Below are positions 18,150 to 27,921 of a stretch of 64,000 nt of DNA, one piece after another; the stretch's first letter is position 1, and the number at the start of each line of letters is the position of its first letter. The stretch is from an uncultured Solibacteraceae bacterium. GTDB lineage: Bacteria > Acidobacteriota > Terriglobia > Bryobacterales > Bryobacteraceae. The notes under the pieces were generated by a model. That model did no database searches. It was not told the origin of the DNA and was given only the letters and a program-made list of their open reading frames with translations. Both the position numbers and the translations under genes were made by a program. Location: assembly GCA_964427655.1 (NCBI GenBank), contig CAYRWE010000002.1, forward strand, positions 1,464-65,463, given 5' to 3'.

Positions 18150-18641
18150 TCAGATCCTGGGCGACCCGCTATCCGCCCGCACCGAGCGGTCGAACTGGGA
18201 GATCATTTCCAGGTCGTCCAGGGCGTGCTCCACCTGGTCGGGCTGCATGGCTTCCACCTGCGCCGTGACGGGGGCGGGCCGCACCGGACCGGAAGGCCGC
18301 TCCAGCAGCATGGCCCCGAGGATCGCCGCGCAAGCGGCCGCCGCCACCGGCAGCACGCGCCATCCCATCAGGGGACGCAAAGGGCGCAGCGCCAGTTCCC
18401 ACCACCCGACCCGCTCGGCGATCCGCTCGCTCAGGCGCCGGTCGAAATCGCTCGATACCGGGGCGGCTTCCCAAACATCCAACGCTCCCCATACCGCCCT
18501 CTGCCCGTCCGCGAATTCCCGGCAGGCGGAACACGCCTCCAGGTGACGCTCCAGCGCCGCCAGCGTGCCTGCATCCAGCTTGCGGGCCGCGTATGGCACA
18601 AGCAAATCCACGCTCTCCCCGGTTTCCATCGGGCACTTCAT
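18150..18641 (-). CDS. Anti-sigma factor (zf-HC2, one TM segment)
   Basis: LERHLEACSACREF motif; TM segment VLPVAAAACAAILGAMLL. Confidence 0.8.
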   Translation of the reverse strand: MKCPMETGESVDLLVPYAARKLDAGTLAALERHLEACSACREFADGQRAVWGALDVWEAAPVSSDFDRRLSERIAERVGWWELALRPLRPLMGWRVLPVAAAACAAILGAMLLERPSGPVRPAPVTAQVEAMQPDQVEHALDDLEMISQFDRSVRADSGSPRI

Positions 18642-18724
18642 AAATCGGACCTTTCTTCCCTAAGCTTTATAGCCGGGTTTCCCCAAGCCAGGCAGCCAAG
18701 TCTTCCCCAAGCCCCATGGCTTCC

Positions 18725-19330
18725 CTACGCCATATGGGCCAAGCGGGCGCGCAATGTCTCATACGCCCGAAATAACAGCGATTTCACAGCCGACTCCGAG
18801 CAGCTCAGCGCCCGGGCGATCTGCGAATATTCCATCTCTTGATACTTGTGCATCAGGACCGCGGCTCTTTGCTTTTCCGGCAGGGCCGCTACGGCTTGCC
18901 GCACTTCCGCAAGCCGGGCCTCATACACCATGCTCTGTTCCGCCGAAGGCCGCTGGTCCGAGACCTGTCTTACGGGCTGGTCCGGCGAATCCTTGTCCAG
19001 CCTCTCTTGCAGCCTCTCGCTTTTCCCGTCGCGTATGGAATTCAGCGCCAGGTGGGTGGCAATCCGAAACAGCCAGGTTGTGAACTTGGCGGTCGGCTCG
19101 TAGCTGGTTCGGGATCGATACACGCGCAGGAAAACCTCCTGCGCCAGTTCCTCCGCCACCGCCTGGTTTTGCACCATGCGATAGAGGAAATGAACCACCG
19201 AAGAGCGGTATTTCTCGAGCAAAACGCCAAAACTGGCGCCATCGCCCTCTTTTACGCGCAACATCAACTGGGCGTCGTAATCCAGGGCCACGGCCGCACC
19301 GCTCATATCAGTCTTAACCCGTTCCCGCAT
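18725..19330 (-). CDS. ECF RNA polymerase sigma factor
   Basis: Region 2 AEELAQEVFLRVYRSRTSYEPTAKFTTWLFRIATHLALN and region 4 MEYSQIARALSCSESAVKSLLFRA. Confidence 0.9.
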   Translation of the reverse strand: MRERVKTDMSGAAVALDYDAQLMLRVKEGDGASFGVLLEKYRSSVVHFLYRMVQNQAVAEELAQEVFLRVYRSRTSYEPTAKFTTWLFRIATHLALNSIRDGKSERLQERLDKDSPDQPVRQVSDQRPSAEQSMVYEARLAEVRQAVAALPEKQRAAVLMHKYQEMEYSQIARALSCSESAVKSLLFRAYETLRARLAHMA

Positions 19331-19370
19331 TGGAGGTTGCGTCCCGCCTGGAAGATTAATGCGGGAATTA

Positions 19371-20369
19371 CTACTCCCCCTTCAGCGACCGGTCCATCAG
19401 CCTCCGGATAGCTTCTCGGGGAGATACCTGGGAGTGTAGCATCTCGAACATCTGCTGCGAGATGGGCATCTCCACCCCATATAGACGCGCCAGCTCGACC
19501 GCCGCGCTGGTAGTCTTGACGCCCTCGGCGACCATCCGCATGGAGCCAACAATTTCCTCCAGAGCGCGCCCGCGCGCCAGCTCGATCCCCACCATGCGGT
19601 TGCGGCTGAGCTCGCCGTGGCACGTCAGGACAAGATCACCCAATCCGGCTAACCCGGACAAAGTCAATGGTTTACCTCCCATGCCGACAGCCAGGCGGGT
19701 CATTTCCGCAAGGCCCCGCGTGATCAGAGCGGCCATCGGATTATGCCCCAGGCCCAAGCCGTGCAGAACGCCCGCCCCGATGGCCACGACGTTCTTGATG
19801 GCCCCTCCAATTTCGACACCGATTGGGTCCTGGTTGGCATATACCCGGAAACTGGGCCCCGAGAAAGCCGCTTGAAGCTCTTCGGCTAGACCGCCATCAC
19901 GCGAAGCTACTACTAATGCCGTAGGTTGCTGGGCCGCCACCTCCCGCGCGAAGGTGGGGCCGGAAAGCACCGCGATCCGCGGATCCATGCGGGCCTGCAG
20001 GACCTCGCGCATAATTTCCGAGGCCCGTAGCAGCGTGCCGTTCTCGAGCCCCTTGGTGGCGCTCACAAACACCATGGATTCATTGAGAAACGGCAGCATC
20101 TGCCGGTACAATGCCCGCACCAGGTGTGATGGCATGACGCTGAGTACCACCTCGGCGCCCTCCAGCGTCACGGCCAGCCGGGATGTTACTTCGACTTCTG
20201 TCGGAATCGTGAACCCAGGAAAATAGAGGTCGTTCTCGCGAGTCGCCGCCATGCGCGCGGCCAGATCCTCTTCATACACCCAGAGCCGCACACGCTCAAA
20301 CCGCGGCGCCAGCACGATGGCTAGGGCAGTTCCCCAGTTCCCCGCCCCGATGATGGCCAGGTTCTTCAA
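19371..20369 (-). CDS. gpsA: NAD(P)H-dependent glycerol-3-phosphate dehydrogenase
   Basis: IIGAGNWGTALA Rossmann motif and full-length GpsA pattern. Confidence 0.95.
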   Translation of the reverse strand: MKNLAIIGAGNWGTALAIVLAPRFERVRLWVYEEDLAARMAATRENDLYFPGFTIPTEVEVTSRLAVTLEGAEVVLSVMPSHLVRALYRQMLPFLNESMVFVSATKGLENGTLLRASEIMREVLQARMDPRIAVLSGPTFAREVAAQQPTALVVASRDGGLAEELQAAFSGPSFRVYANQDPIGVEIGGAIKNVVAIGAGVLHGLGLGHNPMAALITRGLAEMTRLAVGMGGKPLTLSGLAGLGDLVLTCHGELSRNRMVGIELARGRALEEIVGSMRMVAEGVKTTSAAVELARLYGVEMPISQQMFEMLHSQVSPREAIRRLMDRSLKGE

Positions 20370-20971
20370 TGTTTGTGGGCTCCGAAGGTGAAGACGTGCT
20401 CGGTTCCGGCGCGCAGTCGCTCAATGTTACTACTATGCTTGTAGACGATAAAGGCGCCGGCGATGATGGCGGCCGCTTCCACCTGCCACGCCGGCTGCAC
20501 GACGATCCACACCGCCAATGGAAAACAGCCCGCCGCGATGATGGATCCTAACGAGATATACCTCGTCCAGGCCACCACGCCCACGAATACCACCAGCGAC
20601 GCCAGCAATGCCACGGGTGTAAGACATAAGAACGCGCCCACGAAGCTGGCCACCGCCTTCCCACCCTTGAATCTCAGGAAGACCGGGTAGGCGTGCCCTG
20701 CCATCACCGCCAGCGCCGCCGCGCTCATCCACAACGGGTCGGAGTGCGTGAGCCGGCCCGCGATCCACACGGCCAGATAGCCCTTCAAAATGTCGAGCAG
20801 CAGGGTGGCGATCCCCGCCGCGCGGCCGGTCGTCCGCAGGACATTGGTGGCGCCGATATTGCCGCTGCCTGCCGCCCGCACATCCGCGCCGGTCTTCCAT
20901 TTGACCAGCAGGAATCCGAATGGAATCGCGCCTAGCAAGTAGGCGATCGCCAGAACCAGTGCCCAAGTCAT
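20366..20971 (-). CDS. plsY: Glycerol-3-phosphate acyltransferase PlsY
   Basis: GSGNIGATNVLRT motif, multi-TM, 4-nt overlap with gpsA. Confidence 0.95.
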   Translation of the reverse strand: MTWALVLAIAYLLGAIPFGFLLVKWKTGADVRAAGSGNIGATNVLRTTGRAAGIATLLLDILKGYLAVWIAGRLTHSDPLWMSAAALAVMAGHAYPVFLRFKGGKAVASFVGAFLCLTPVALLASLVVFVGVVAWTRYISLGSIIAAGCFPLAVWIVVQPAWQVEAAAIIAGAFIVYKHSSNIERLRAGTEHVFTFGAHKH

Positions 20972-21520
20972 TTATTTTGAGAGTGGAAACTCCGCAAGCT
21001 TAGTGTACACGGAACCGCCCGGGCTGAGCCGGCTGTGATACAGGAAGAAGCTGTTCGCCGCGAACCGCCCGAAATCGCGCGACGGCAGGGCGGCGATGCG
21101 CTGCTGCAACGGCTCGAAATTCAGCCGGTCCTTGATCCGCGCCAGCGTGAGGTGCGGCGAAAACGGCCGCGTCTCCGCCGCGATTCCCAGGGCCGAGGTG
21201 GCGCGGTCCGTCTCAGCGGCCAGTGGCGCCAGGCCGGCGGCCTCGATCCCGCACCAGAAGACTCGCGGCGCGCGCGGGTTGGGGAAAAACCCGAGATCGC
21301 GAATGCCGATCTCAAGCGGCGGGCGCGACGGCAAGCCGGCCAGCGCGGATTTCAGCTCGTCCAGCCGCCCCTCCGGCCAATCCCCTATAAACTTGGTGGT
21401 GATGTGCAGGTTGGCCGCGGGACTCCATTGGATGCGCGCGGCGGGACCGAGCGTCTCGATCAGCCGCTCCAGGCCATGGAGCACCTCGGCGGGCAGATCC
21501 AGGCCGGTGAACAATCGCAT
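20972..21520 (-). CDS. thpR: RNA 2',3'-cyclic phosphodiesterase (2H family, LigT/ThpR)
   Basis: Two HxT/S motifs: HITTKF and HLTLAR. Confidence 0.85.
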   Translation of the reverse strand: MRLFTGLDLPAEVLHGLERLIETLGPAARIQWSPAANLHITTKFIGDWPEGRLDELKSALAGLPSRPPLEIGIRDLGFFPNPRAPRVFWCGIEAAGLAPLAAETDRATSALGIAAETRPFSPHLTLARIKDRLNFEPLQQRIAALPSRDFGRFAANSFFLYHSRLSPGGSVYTKLAEFPLSK

Positions 21521-21562
21521 GCGTTTTTCATTTTACGGCCTTCGGGCGAAAGTAGAGAGAGC

Positions 21563-22168
21563 ATGGCTCTCGGATTCAGCGGAAAAAGCGTGACCTTCGG
21601 TCCCATTCTAAAGCGCGATTTCTACGCGCGCCCCACTGTGGAAGTGGCTCGCGCGCTCCTCGGGAAAGTGCTGGTGCATGGCCCGGCCGCCGGAATCATC
21701 GTCGAGACCGAAGCTTACCTGGGATCGGAGGACCTGGCGGCGCATTCGGCGCGCGGCCTCACGCCCCGCACCCGCGTCATCTTCGGGCCGCCGGGGCACG
21801 CCTACGTCTACTTCATCTATGGCATGTACGAGTGCTTCAACCTGGTGGCGGAACCCGACGGCCATCCCGGTGCCGTGCTCGTCCGCGCGCTCGAGCCGGC
21901 CGCCGGTTTGGACCTCATGTGGCAGCGCCGGCCGGCCGCCCGCAAGCTGGAGGATCTGACATCCGGGCCCGGCAAGCTGACCCTGGCCCTGGCCATCACA
22001 CGGGCGCAAGATGGCGCCGATGTCACGCGCGGCAGCCTGGTAGTTCGCCAGCCCGTCGAGCGCCGGGCCATCGAGATTCAAACCGGCCCGCGCGTGGGGA
22101 TCAGCCAGTCGACCGATTGGCCGCTGCGTTTCAGCATCAAGGGAAATCCCTTCGTCAGCCGCGCGTAA
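21563..22168 (+). CDS. DNA-3-methyladenine glycosylase (AAG/Mpg family)
   Basis: FYARPTVEVARALLGK.LV...IVETEAYLG.EDLAAHS...GHAYVYFIYGMYECFN...GPGKLT.AL. Start set at ATG 21563; the track's N-terminal 176 aa are antisense to thpR. Confidence 0.85.
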   Translation: MALGFSGKSVTFGPILKRDFYARPTVEVARALLGKVLVHGPAAGIIVETEAYLGSEDLAAHSARGLTPRTRVIFGPPGHAYVYFIYGMYECFNLVAEPDGHPGAVLVRALEPAAGLDLMWQRRPAARKLEDLTSGPGKLTLALAITRAQDGADVTRGSLVVRQPVERRAIEIQTGPRVGISQSTDWPLRFSIKGNPFVSRA

Positions 22169-22230
22169 GCCGGGGTTGCCCCGCACGATAGCCCCCCGCG
22201 GCCACGCTTGACTGGAAGATTGCTTGCAAA

Positions 22231-22256
22231 GGTGGGGCATGCTCTTAGCTTGCCCA
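22231..22256 (+). repeat. Copy of the interspersed hairpin element (one extra C in the loop)
   Basis: ggtggggcatgctCttagcttgccca; 63 nt after the glycosylase stop and 12 nt before the treZ ATG. Confidence 0.7.
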
Positions 22257-22267
22257 TATCTCAAAAA

Positions 22268-24160
22268 ATGGTTCAAGAATATACCTTGCCCATAGGCGCC
22301 CAAGTCCTAGCCCGCGCGCATGGCGTCCGGTTCCGCGTCTGGGCGCCGCTGCGCGAACGCGTGAAGGCCGTACTCGAGAGCGGCCCCGGTTCGCCCGCCG
22401 AAATCGAACTGATCCGCGAAGGCGAATATTTCTCCGGTCTCGCCGAAAATGCCTCCGCCGGAACCCGCTATCGCTACCGCCTGGATGGCGCCAGCCCGTT
22501 CCCCGACCCCGCATCACGATTTCAGCCCGATGGCTCCCACGGTTCCTCGGAGGTCGTTGACCCCGCCGCTTTCGCGTGGAGCGATTCCTCCTGGAAGGGC
22601 GCCGTGCTCGCCGGCCAGGTAATTTACGAGATGCACCTCGGGACGTTCACCGAAGAGGGCACCTGGGAGGCCGCGCGAAAGCAATTGCCGGAGCTGGCCT
22701 CGGCCGGCATCTCCACCCTGGAAGTCATGCCCGTCGCCGATTTCCCCGGCCGCTTCGGCTGGGGATACGATGGCGTCAACCTCTTCGCGCCCTCCTGGTT
22801 ATACGGGCGCCCCGACGATATGCGCCGCTTCGTGGACGAAGCGCACGGCCTCGGCCTGGGCGTGATTCTCGATGTGGTCTACAACCATCTCGGCCCGGAT
22901 GGCAATTACCTGCGCGAGTTTTCGCCTTACTATTTCAGCACGCGATACGAGAACGAGTGGGGGGACGCCATCAATTTCGATGCTGAACACTCCCTGCCGG
23001 TACGCGAGTACTTTGCCTCGAATGCGGCTTATTGGATCGAAGAGTTTCATCTCGATGGCTTGCGTCTGGACGCCACGCAGCAGATCTTCGACAGCTCGCC
23101 GGAGCACATCCTGACGGAGATCGTGAAACGCGCGCGGGCCACCGCGTCCGGCCGATCCATCATCCTGGTCGCCGAAAACGAGTCCCAGGAGACCCGCCTG
23201 GCCAGGCCCATCGCCAGCGGCGGTTATGGAATCGATGCCCTGTGGAACGACGACTTTCATCATAGTGCCATGGCCGCCATGACCGGTCGCAATGAGGCTT
23301 ACTATTCCGGCTATCTTGGCAGGCCGCAAGAATTCATTTCGGCGGTCAAATTCGGATATCTTTACCAGGGCCAATGGTACAACTGGCAGAAGAAGTCGCG
23401 CGGCACGCCCAGCCGCGGGCTCGGCGCCGCGCAGTTTGTGAATTACCTTCAGAATCACGATCAGATCGCTAATTCGTGGCATGGAGAACGGATTCACTTA
23501 CTGGCCAGCTCCGGCACTTACAGGGCCATGACCGCGCTGTTGCTTCTGGCGCCCAACACACCCATGTTATTTCAAGGCCAGGAATTCGCCTCTTCCAAGC
23601 CTTTCTGCTATTTCGCGGACCACCGGCCGGAATTAGCGAGGCTGATCCACGAAGGCCGCGTCAAGTTTCTCTCGCAGTTCCCCAGCCTGGCCAGCCTGGA
23701 GAAGATCGCCGACATCCTCGATCCCGGCAATCCCGCGACTTTCAACAAATGTAAGTTGGATTTCTCCGAGCGCGAAAGCCATGCACGAAGTTACTCCCTG
23801 CACAAAGATCTGATTCGCCTCCGCCGCGAGGATCCGGTTTTCCGGATGCAAGGAGAAGCCGGCCTCGATGGCGCCGTGCTTTCGAGCGATGCCTTTCTGA
23901 TCCGCTATTTCGGCCCGGATGGCGGCGACCGCCTCCTGGCGATCAACCTGGGCGTGGACCTGCGCCTGGACGCCGCACCCGAGCCCTTGCTCGCCCCCCC
24001 GGAAGGGCGGCGCTGGAAGCTGCTGTGGTCGAGCGAGGATTCGCGCTATGGCGGCTCCGGCACGCCCGCGCCTGAAAACGATGGCATCTGGCGGCTGCCC
24101 GGGCACGCCGCCATCGTGATGCGCCCCGGATCGCCCGCGGATGGTGCCGATGCCGCCTGA
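22268..24160 (+). CDS. treZ: Malto-oligosyltrehalose trehalohydrolase (GH13)
   Basis: VRFRVWAP..., GWGYDGV, VILDVVYNHLGPDGNYL, FHLDGLRLDA, VAENE, WNDDFHH. ATG 22268 is preferred over TTG 22208. Confidence 0.85.
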   Translation: MVQEYTLPIGAQVLARAHGVRFRVWAPLRERVKAVLESGPGSPAEIELIREGEYFSGLAENASAGTRYRYRLDGASPFPDPASRFQPDGSHGSSEVVDPAAFAWSDSSWKGAVLAGQVIYEMHLGTFTEEGTWEAARKQLPELASAGISTLEVMPVADFPGRFGWGYDGVNLFAPSWLYGRPDDMRRFVDEAHGLGLGVILDVVYNHLGPDGNYLREFSPYYFSTRYENEWGDAINFDAEHSLPVREYFASNAAYWIEEFHLDGLRLDATQQIFDSSPEHILTEIVKRARATASGRSIILVAENESQETRLARPIASGGYGIDALWNDDFHHSAMAAMTGRNEAYYSGYLGRPQEFISAVKFGYLYQGQWYNWQKKSRGTPSRGLGAAQFVNYLQNHDQIANSWHGERIHLLASSGTYRAMTALLLLAPNTPMLFQGQEFASSKPFCYFADHRPELARLIHEGRVKFLSQFPSLASLEKIADILDPGNPATFNKCKLDFSERESHARSYSLHKDLIRLRREDPVFRMQGEAGLDGAVLSSDAFLIRYFGPDGGDRLLAINLGVDLRLDAAPEPLLAPPEGRRWKLLWSSEDSRYGGSGTPAPENDGIWRLPGHAAIVMRPGSPADGADAA

Positions 24161-26183
24161 GGCAATCCCCGCGGACCCGCGGCACACCGTGCAGACGCCC
24201 GAAGCGGCCTCGCATGTCGATCGGGAGTGGCTGGTAACCAACGGGCTGGGCGGTTACGCCTCCGGCACTATCGGCGGCGCGATGACCCGCCGCTACCACG
24301 GCCTGCTCGTCGCCGCTCTGCCGAATCCGCTGGGCCGCACGATGGTCTTCAACGGCTTGTCCGAGCGGCTGCGTCTGGCGGACCGGCGAGTTTTCTATAC
24401 CGGCACTCCCGAAATCGGAGATCGTTCCGCCCAGGGCACGCTGCGCGCCGTGGAGTTTCGCCTGGAAGCCGGCCTCCCGGTGTGGCGCTTCGAAGCCGAC
24501 GGCCTGCTCCTCGAAAAGCGGCTGCTAATGCCGTATAAGCAGAATACGGTGCATGTAACTTACAACCTGATCGAAGCGGCCGGGCCTGTGCGGCTCGGGC
24601 TGCGGCCCGCCGTTCATTTCCGGCCGCACGATGCGCCGGTCGATGCCAGCCACACGCAGACTTATCGTCTGAGCGCTTGCGAAGATCGATTCGAGATCGC
24701 GGCCGACACCCTGCCTATCTTACACCTCAAGTTACACGGCGAAGATACGGCATTTACGTTCGACCGTAAGTGGACTTCCGACATCTTCTACCGCGCCGAA
24801 AGCGACCGGGGATATGAGGCGCATGGCTCGCTCTGGAGTCCCGGCTATTTTCGCGCCGACCTGCGGCCCGGATGCCAGGCAACCCTGGTGGCGTCCACCG
24901 AAGACTGGGCGACCATCTGCGCGCTGACGCCCGAGAACGCGCTCGCCGCCGAGATCGAAAGGCGGCACACGCTGGTGGCCGCGGCCGGTACCGTGGCTCG
25001 GGAAGATCCCGCCGTTGAGCTGGTGCTGGCGGCCGATCAGTTTCTCATCGAGCCCGCCGGCCGCACCGAAGATGTCGCGCGCGCACGCGCCACGGGCGAT
25101 CAGATCCGCACCGTGATCGCCGGCTATTACTGGTTCACCGATTGGGGCCGCGACACCATGATCGGCCTGGAAGGGTTGACGCTGGCCACGGGCCGCGAGA
25201 TCGAAGCCGGCTGGATCCTGCGCACCTTCGCCCACTACATTCGCGACGGCCTCATTCCCAACCTCTTTCCGGAAGGCGAGAAGGAGGGCCTCTATCACAC
25301 CGCGGATGCCACCTTGTGGTTCTTCCACGCCATGCACCGCTATGTGCAGCGCACCGGCGATCGCGCCACGCTGGCTCTGGTTCTGCCGCAACTGATCGGC
25401 ATCGTGCAGCGCCATATCCAGGGCACGCGCTTCGGAATTCACGTCGATCCGGCCGATGGCCTCCTCGCGCAGGGCGAGCGGGGCTATCAACTAACCTGGA
25501 TGGACGCCAAGGTGGGCGATTGGGTGGTCACGCCGCGGCGCGGCAAGGCCGTCGAGATCAACGCGCTCTGGTACAACGCGCTGCGGCTGGTGGAGCGCTG
25601 GGTGGCGGAAGAGGGCGCCGGCTCGCCCGCCGAATTCCACGATGCCGCCCTGCGCGCACGCGAATCTTTCAACGCGCGCTTCTGGAATCCCGACAAAGCC
25701 TACCTCTACGACGTGATCGACGGGGAATCGGGGAACGACGACGCCTGCCGCCCGAATCAGATCTTCTCAATTGCGCTCGATTACCCGGTGCTCGCCGAGG
25801 AATATTGGACGCCGGTGCTTTCGGTAGTTACCGAGCGTCTCCTTACGCCGTTCGGCCTCCGCTCCCTGGCCCCCGGCCACCCCGATTACAAACCCAAATA
25901 TTACGGCGACCTCCGCTCGCGCGATGCCGCCTACCATCAGGGAACCGTGTGGGCATGGCTGATCGGACCCTACGTGGATGCCTGGCTCAAGGTGAATCCG
26001 GGCGACCCGTCGCGAGCTCGCGGCTTCCTGCAGGGTTTCGTAACGCACTTGGGCGACGCCTGCATCGGTTCCATCAGCGAAGTCTTCGACGCTGAGGAAC
26101 CGTACATTCCGCGCGGATGTATCGCCCAAGCCTGGAGCGTCGCGGAAGTGCTGCGCTGCTGGGTCAAAACTGCATCCGCCTAA
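24141..26183 (+). CDS. Glycogen debranching enzyme, amylo-alpha-1,6-glucosidase (GDE_N/GDE_C) type
   Basis: REWLVTNGLGGYASGT..G..TRRYHGLLV N-terminal signature. The C-terminus is an (alpha/alpha)6 GDE_C pattern (YYWFTDWGRDTMI..., AYHQGTVWAWLIGPY). 20-nt overlap with treZ. Confidence 0.85.
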   Translation: MVPMPPEAIPADPRHTVQTPEAASHVDREWLVTNGLGGYASGTIGGAMTRRYHGLLVAALPNPLGRTMVFNGLSERLRLADRRVFYTGTPEIGDRSAQGTLRAVEFRLEAGLPVWRFEADGLLLEKRLLMPYKQNTVHVTYNLIEAAGPVRLGLRPAVHFRPHDAPVDASHTQTYRLSACEDRFEIAADTLPILHLKLHGEDTAFTFDRKWTSDIFYRAESDRGYEAHGSLWSPGYFRADLRPGCQATLVASTEDWATICALTPENALAAEIERRHTLVAAAGTVAREDPAVELVLAADQFLIEPAGRTEDVARARATGDQIRTVIAGYYWFTDWGRDTMIGLEGLTLATGREIEAGWILRTFAHYIRDGLIPNLFPEGEKEGLYHTADATLWFFHAMHRYVQRTGDRATLALVLPQLIGIVQRHIQGTRFGIHVDPADGLLAQGERGYQLTWMDAKVGDWVVTPRRGKAVEINALWYNALRLVERWVAEEGAGSPAEFHDAALRARESFNARFWNPDKAYLYDVIDGESGNDDACRPNQIFSIALDYPVLAEEYWTPVLSVVTERLLTPFGLRSLAPGHPDYKPKYYGDLRSRDAAYHQGTVWAWLIGPYVDAWLKVNPGDPSRARGFLQGFVTHLGDACIGSISEVFDAEEPYIPRGCIAQAWSVAEVLRCWVKTASA

Positions 26184-26324
26184 CATCCCCGGGCGTCCAG
26201 CGCGTGCAACAATGTAACCGCTTCCCGAAAAGTAAGTTACGGAAAATACCTTTAGTTACTAACCCGGTTGGAACGGTTTTTGGCAGGAGAACTGCAACTC
26301 CAGATATCCGGAGGAGCTTACAAA

Positions 26325-26486
26325 ATGCTTCACTGGTCGCTGATCTTTCTGGTAATTGCGATTATCGCAGCCATTCTGGGCTTCGGTGGAATCGCCGGAA
26401 CCGCCGCCGGTATCGCGAAGATCCTGTTTTTCGTTTTCCTGGTGGTCTGGGTTCTGGCGTTCTTCTTCGGCCGCCGGGCAGTTTGA
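26325..26486 (+). CDS. DUF1328 (YtjA/UPF0391) small membrane protein
   Basis: [44 protein letters not shown]; GGAGGAG RBS 8 nt upstream of ATG 26325. Confidence 0.8.
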   Translation: MLHWSLIFLVIAIIAAILGFGGIAGTAAGIAKILFFVFLVVWVLAFFFGRRAV

Positions 26487-26568
26487 CCCCGGCCGCAAAC
26501 CATTCGCGATCGGGCGGATTCCCCGGTCCGGGATACCGCCCTGATTTGCACCGAGCGCTAGCCCGAAG

Positions 26569-27921
26569 GTGGTCCGTTCACTCCCGCCGCTGCTGCTATC
26601 CTGTCCCTTCGGAGTGAAGCCGCGTCATATCACGCTCGTGCCGCTGATCGCCGCCACCTATTTCCTGGTAGCCGGCGGCCCCTACGGTCTGGAGGACATC
26701 GTCTTCCGAGCCGGCTATCCCGGCGCGATGCTCATTCTGCTGATCACGCCGTTTATCTGGAGTTTGCCTGCGGCGCTCATGGTTAGCGAACTTGCGAGCG
26801 CCCTGCCCCACGAGGGCGGTTATTACGTTTGGGTGACCCGCGGAATGGGCCGCTTCTGGGGATTTCAGGAAGCCTGGCTCTCCCTGACCGGCAGCGTCTT
26901 CGATATGGCGCTTTATCCCACCCTGTCCGTGGCTTATCTGGGACACCTCGCGCCCTCACTCACGGCCGGCGGTCGCGGCGTGGCGATCGGCGTGGCACTG
27001 GTGGCCGTTTGCGCGGCCTGGAATCTGGCCGGCGCCCGCACTGTGGGGTTGAGCTCCGCGGCCATGACAGTGCTGCTGCTCACGCCCTTCGCCGTCCTGA
27101 CGGTCTACGCATTTCTGCATCGCGCCACTTCCGCCGCGCCGCCCGTCCCACCGCGCAGCCTGGATCTGCTGGGCGGCATCCTGGTGGCCATGTGGAATTA
27201 CATGGGCTTCGACTACGGCTCCACGGTAGCCGGCGAAGTGGACAATCCGCGGCGCACCTACCCGCTGGCCATGGCTGGCTCGGTGATCCTGGTGGCGGCT
27301 TCCTACGCGCTGCCTGTCGGCGCGGTCTGGTTCACCGGCCTGGATGCCAACCTCTGGTCCACCGGCGGATGGGCCGATGTAGCGCGCGCCGTCTTTCACG
27401 GCAGCCCTGCCGGCGCGGCGTTGGCCGTGGCGATCACGGCCGGCGGCATGATCGGCGCGTTGGGCACCTTCAACGCCATGACGCTCTGCTATTCGCGCCT
27501 GCCGCTGGCGATGGCCGAGGATGGCTTTCTGCCACGCGCCTTCACCCGCCGCACGCGCAACGGCGCTCCATGGGTCGCCATCCTGGCCTGCTGCGCGGCC
27601 TGGCTTCTGTGCCTGCGGCTGAGTTTCGTCAAGCTGATCGTTCTGGACGTGCTGCTCACCGGCCTCAGCCTGCTGCTGGAATTCGCCGCGCTGGTGGCTT
27701 TGCGGCTGCGCGAACCGGCCCTGCCGCGCCCCTATCGCGTACCCGGCGGCCTGGCCGGCGCCATCGGCATCGGCATCTTCCCGTGCATTCTGCTCCTGCT
27801 GGCGGTAGCCCGCAACCAATCCGAACCGGTCGGCCCGTTCACCGCGCTGCAATTGGGCATGCTGCTGATCGCCGCCGGAGTTGTAGCCTATTTCTTAGGG
27901 AATCGTCCTCGAAAATCATGA
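26569..27921 (+). CDS. APC-superfamily amino-acid/polyamine permease
   Basis: About 12 TM segments, VAGGPYGLE... pattern. GTG start; alternative GTG at 26614. Confidence 0.8.
   Translation: MVRSLPPLLLSCPFGVKPRHITLVPLIAATYFLVAGGPYGLEDIVFRAGYPGAMLILLITPFIWSLPAALMVSELASALPHEGGYYVWVTRGMGRFWGFQEAWLSLTGSVFDMALYPTLSVAYLGHLAPSLTAGGRGVAIGVALVAVCAAWNLAGARTVGLSSAAMTVLLLTPFAVLTVYAFLHRATSAAPPVPPRSLDLLGGILVAMWNYMGFDYGSTVAGEVDNPRRTYPLAMAGSVILVAASYALPVGAVWFTGLDANLWSTGGWADVARAVFHGSPAGAALAVAITAGGMIGALGTFNAMTLCYSRLPLAMAEDGFLPRAFTRRTRNGAPWVAILACCAAWLLCLRLSFVKLIVLDVLLTGLSLLLEFAALVALRLREPALPRPYRVPGGLAGAIGIGIFPCILLLLAVARNQSEPVGPFTALQLGMLLIAAGVVAYFLGNRPRKS

Noticed and set aside
21035-21562. N-terminal 176 aa of the 377-aa ORF containing the methyladenine glycosylase
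   Set aside because: This part is antisense to thpR. The glycosylase homology begins at MALGFSG... (ATG 21563), just after the thpR start.
26829-27917. Upstream 363 codons of the 510-aa ORF 26829..28361
   Set aside because: This is an alternative frame of the APC permease gene and is Arg/Gly/Pro-rich. Only the last 147 codons, from ATG 27918 (the cupin protein), look real.
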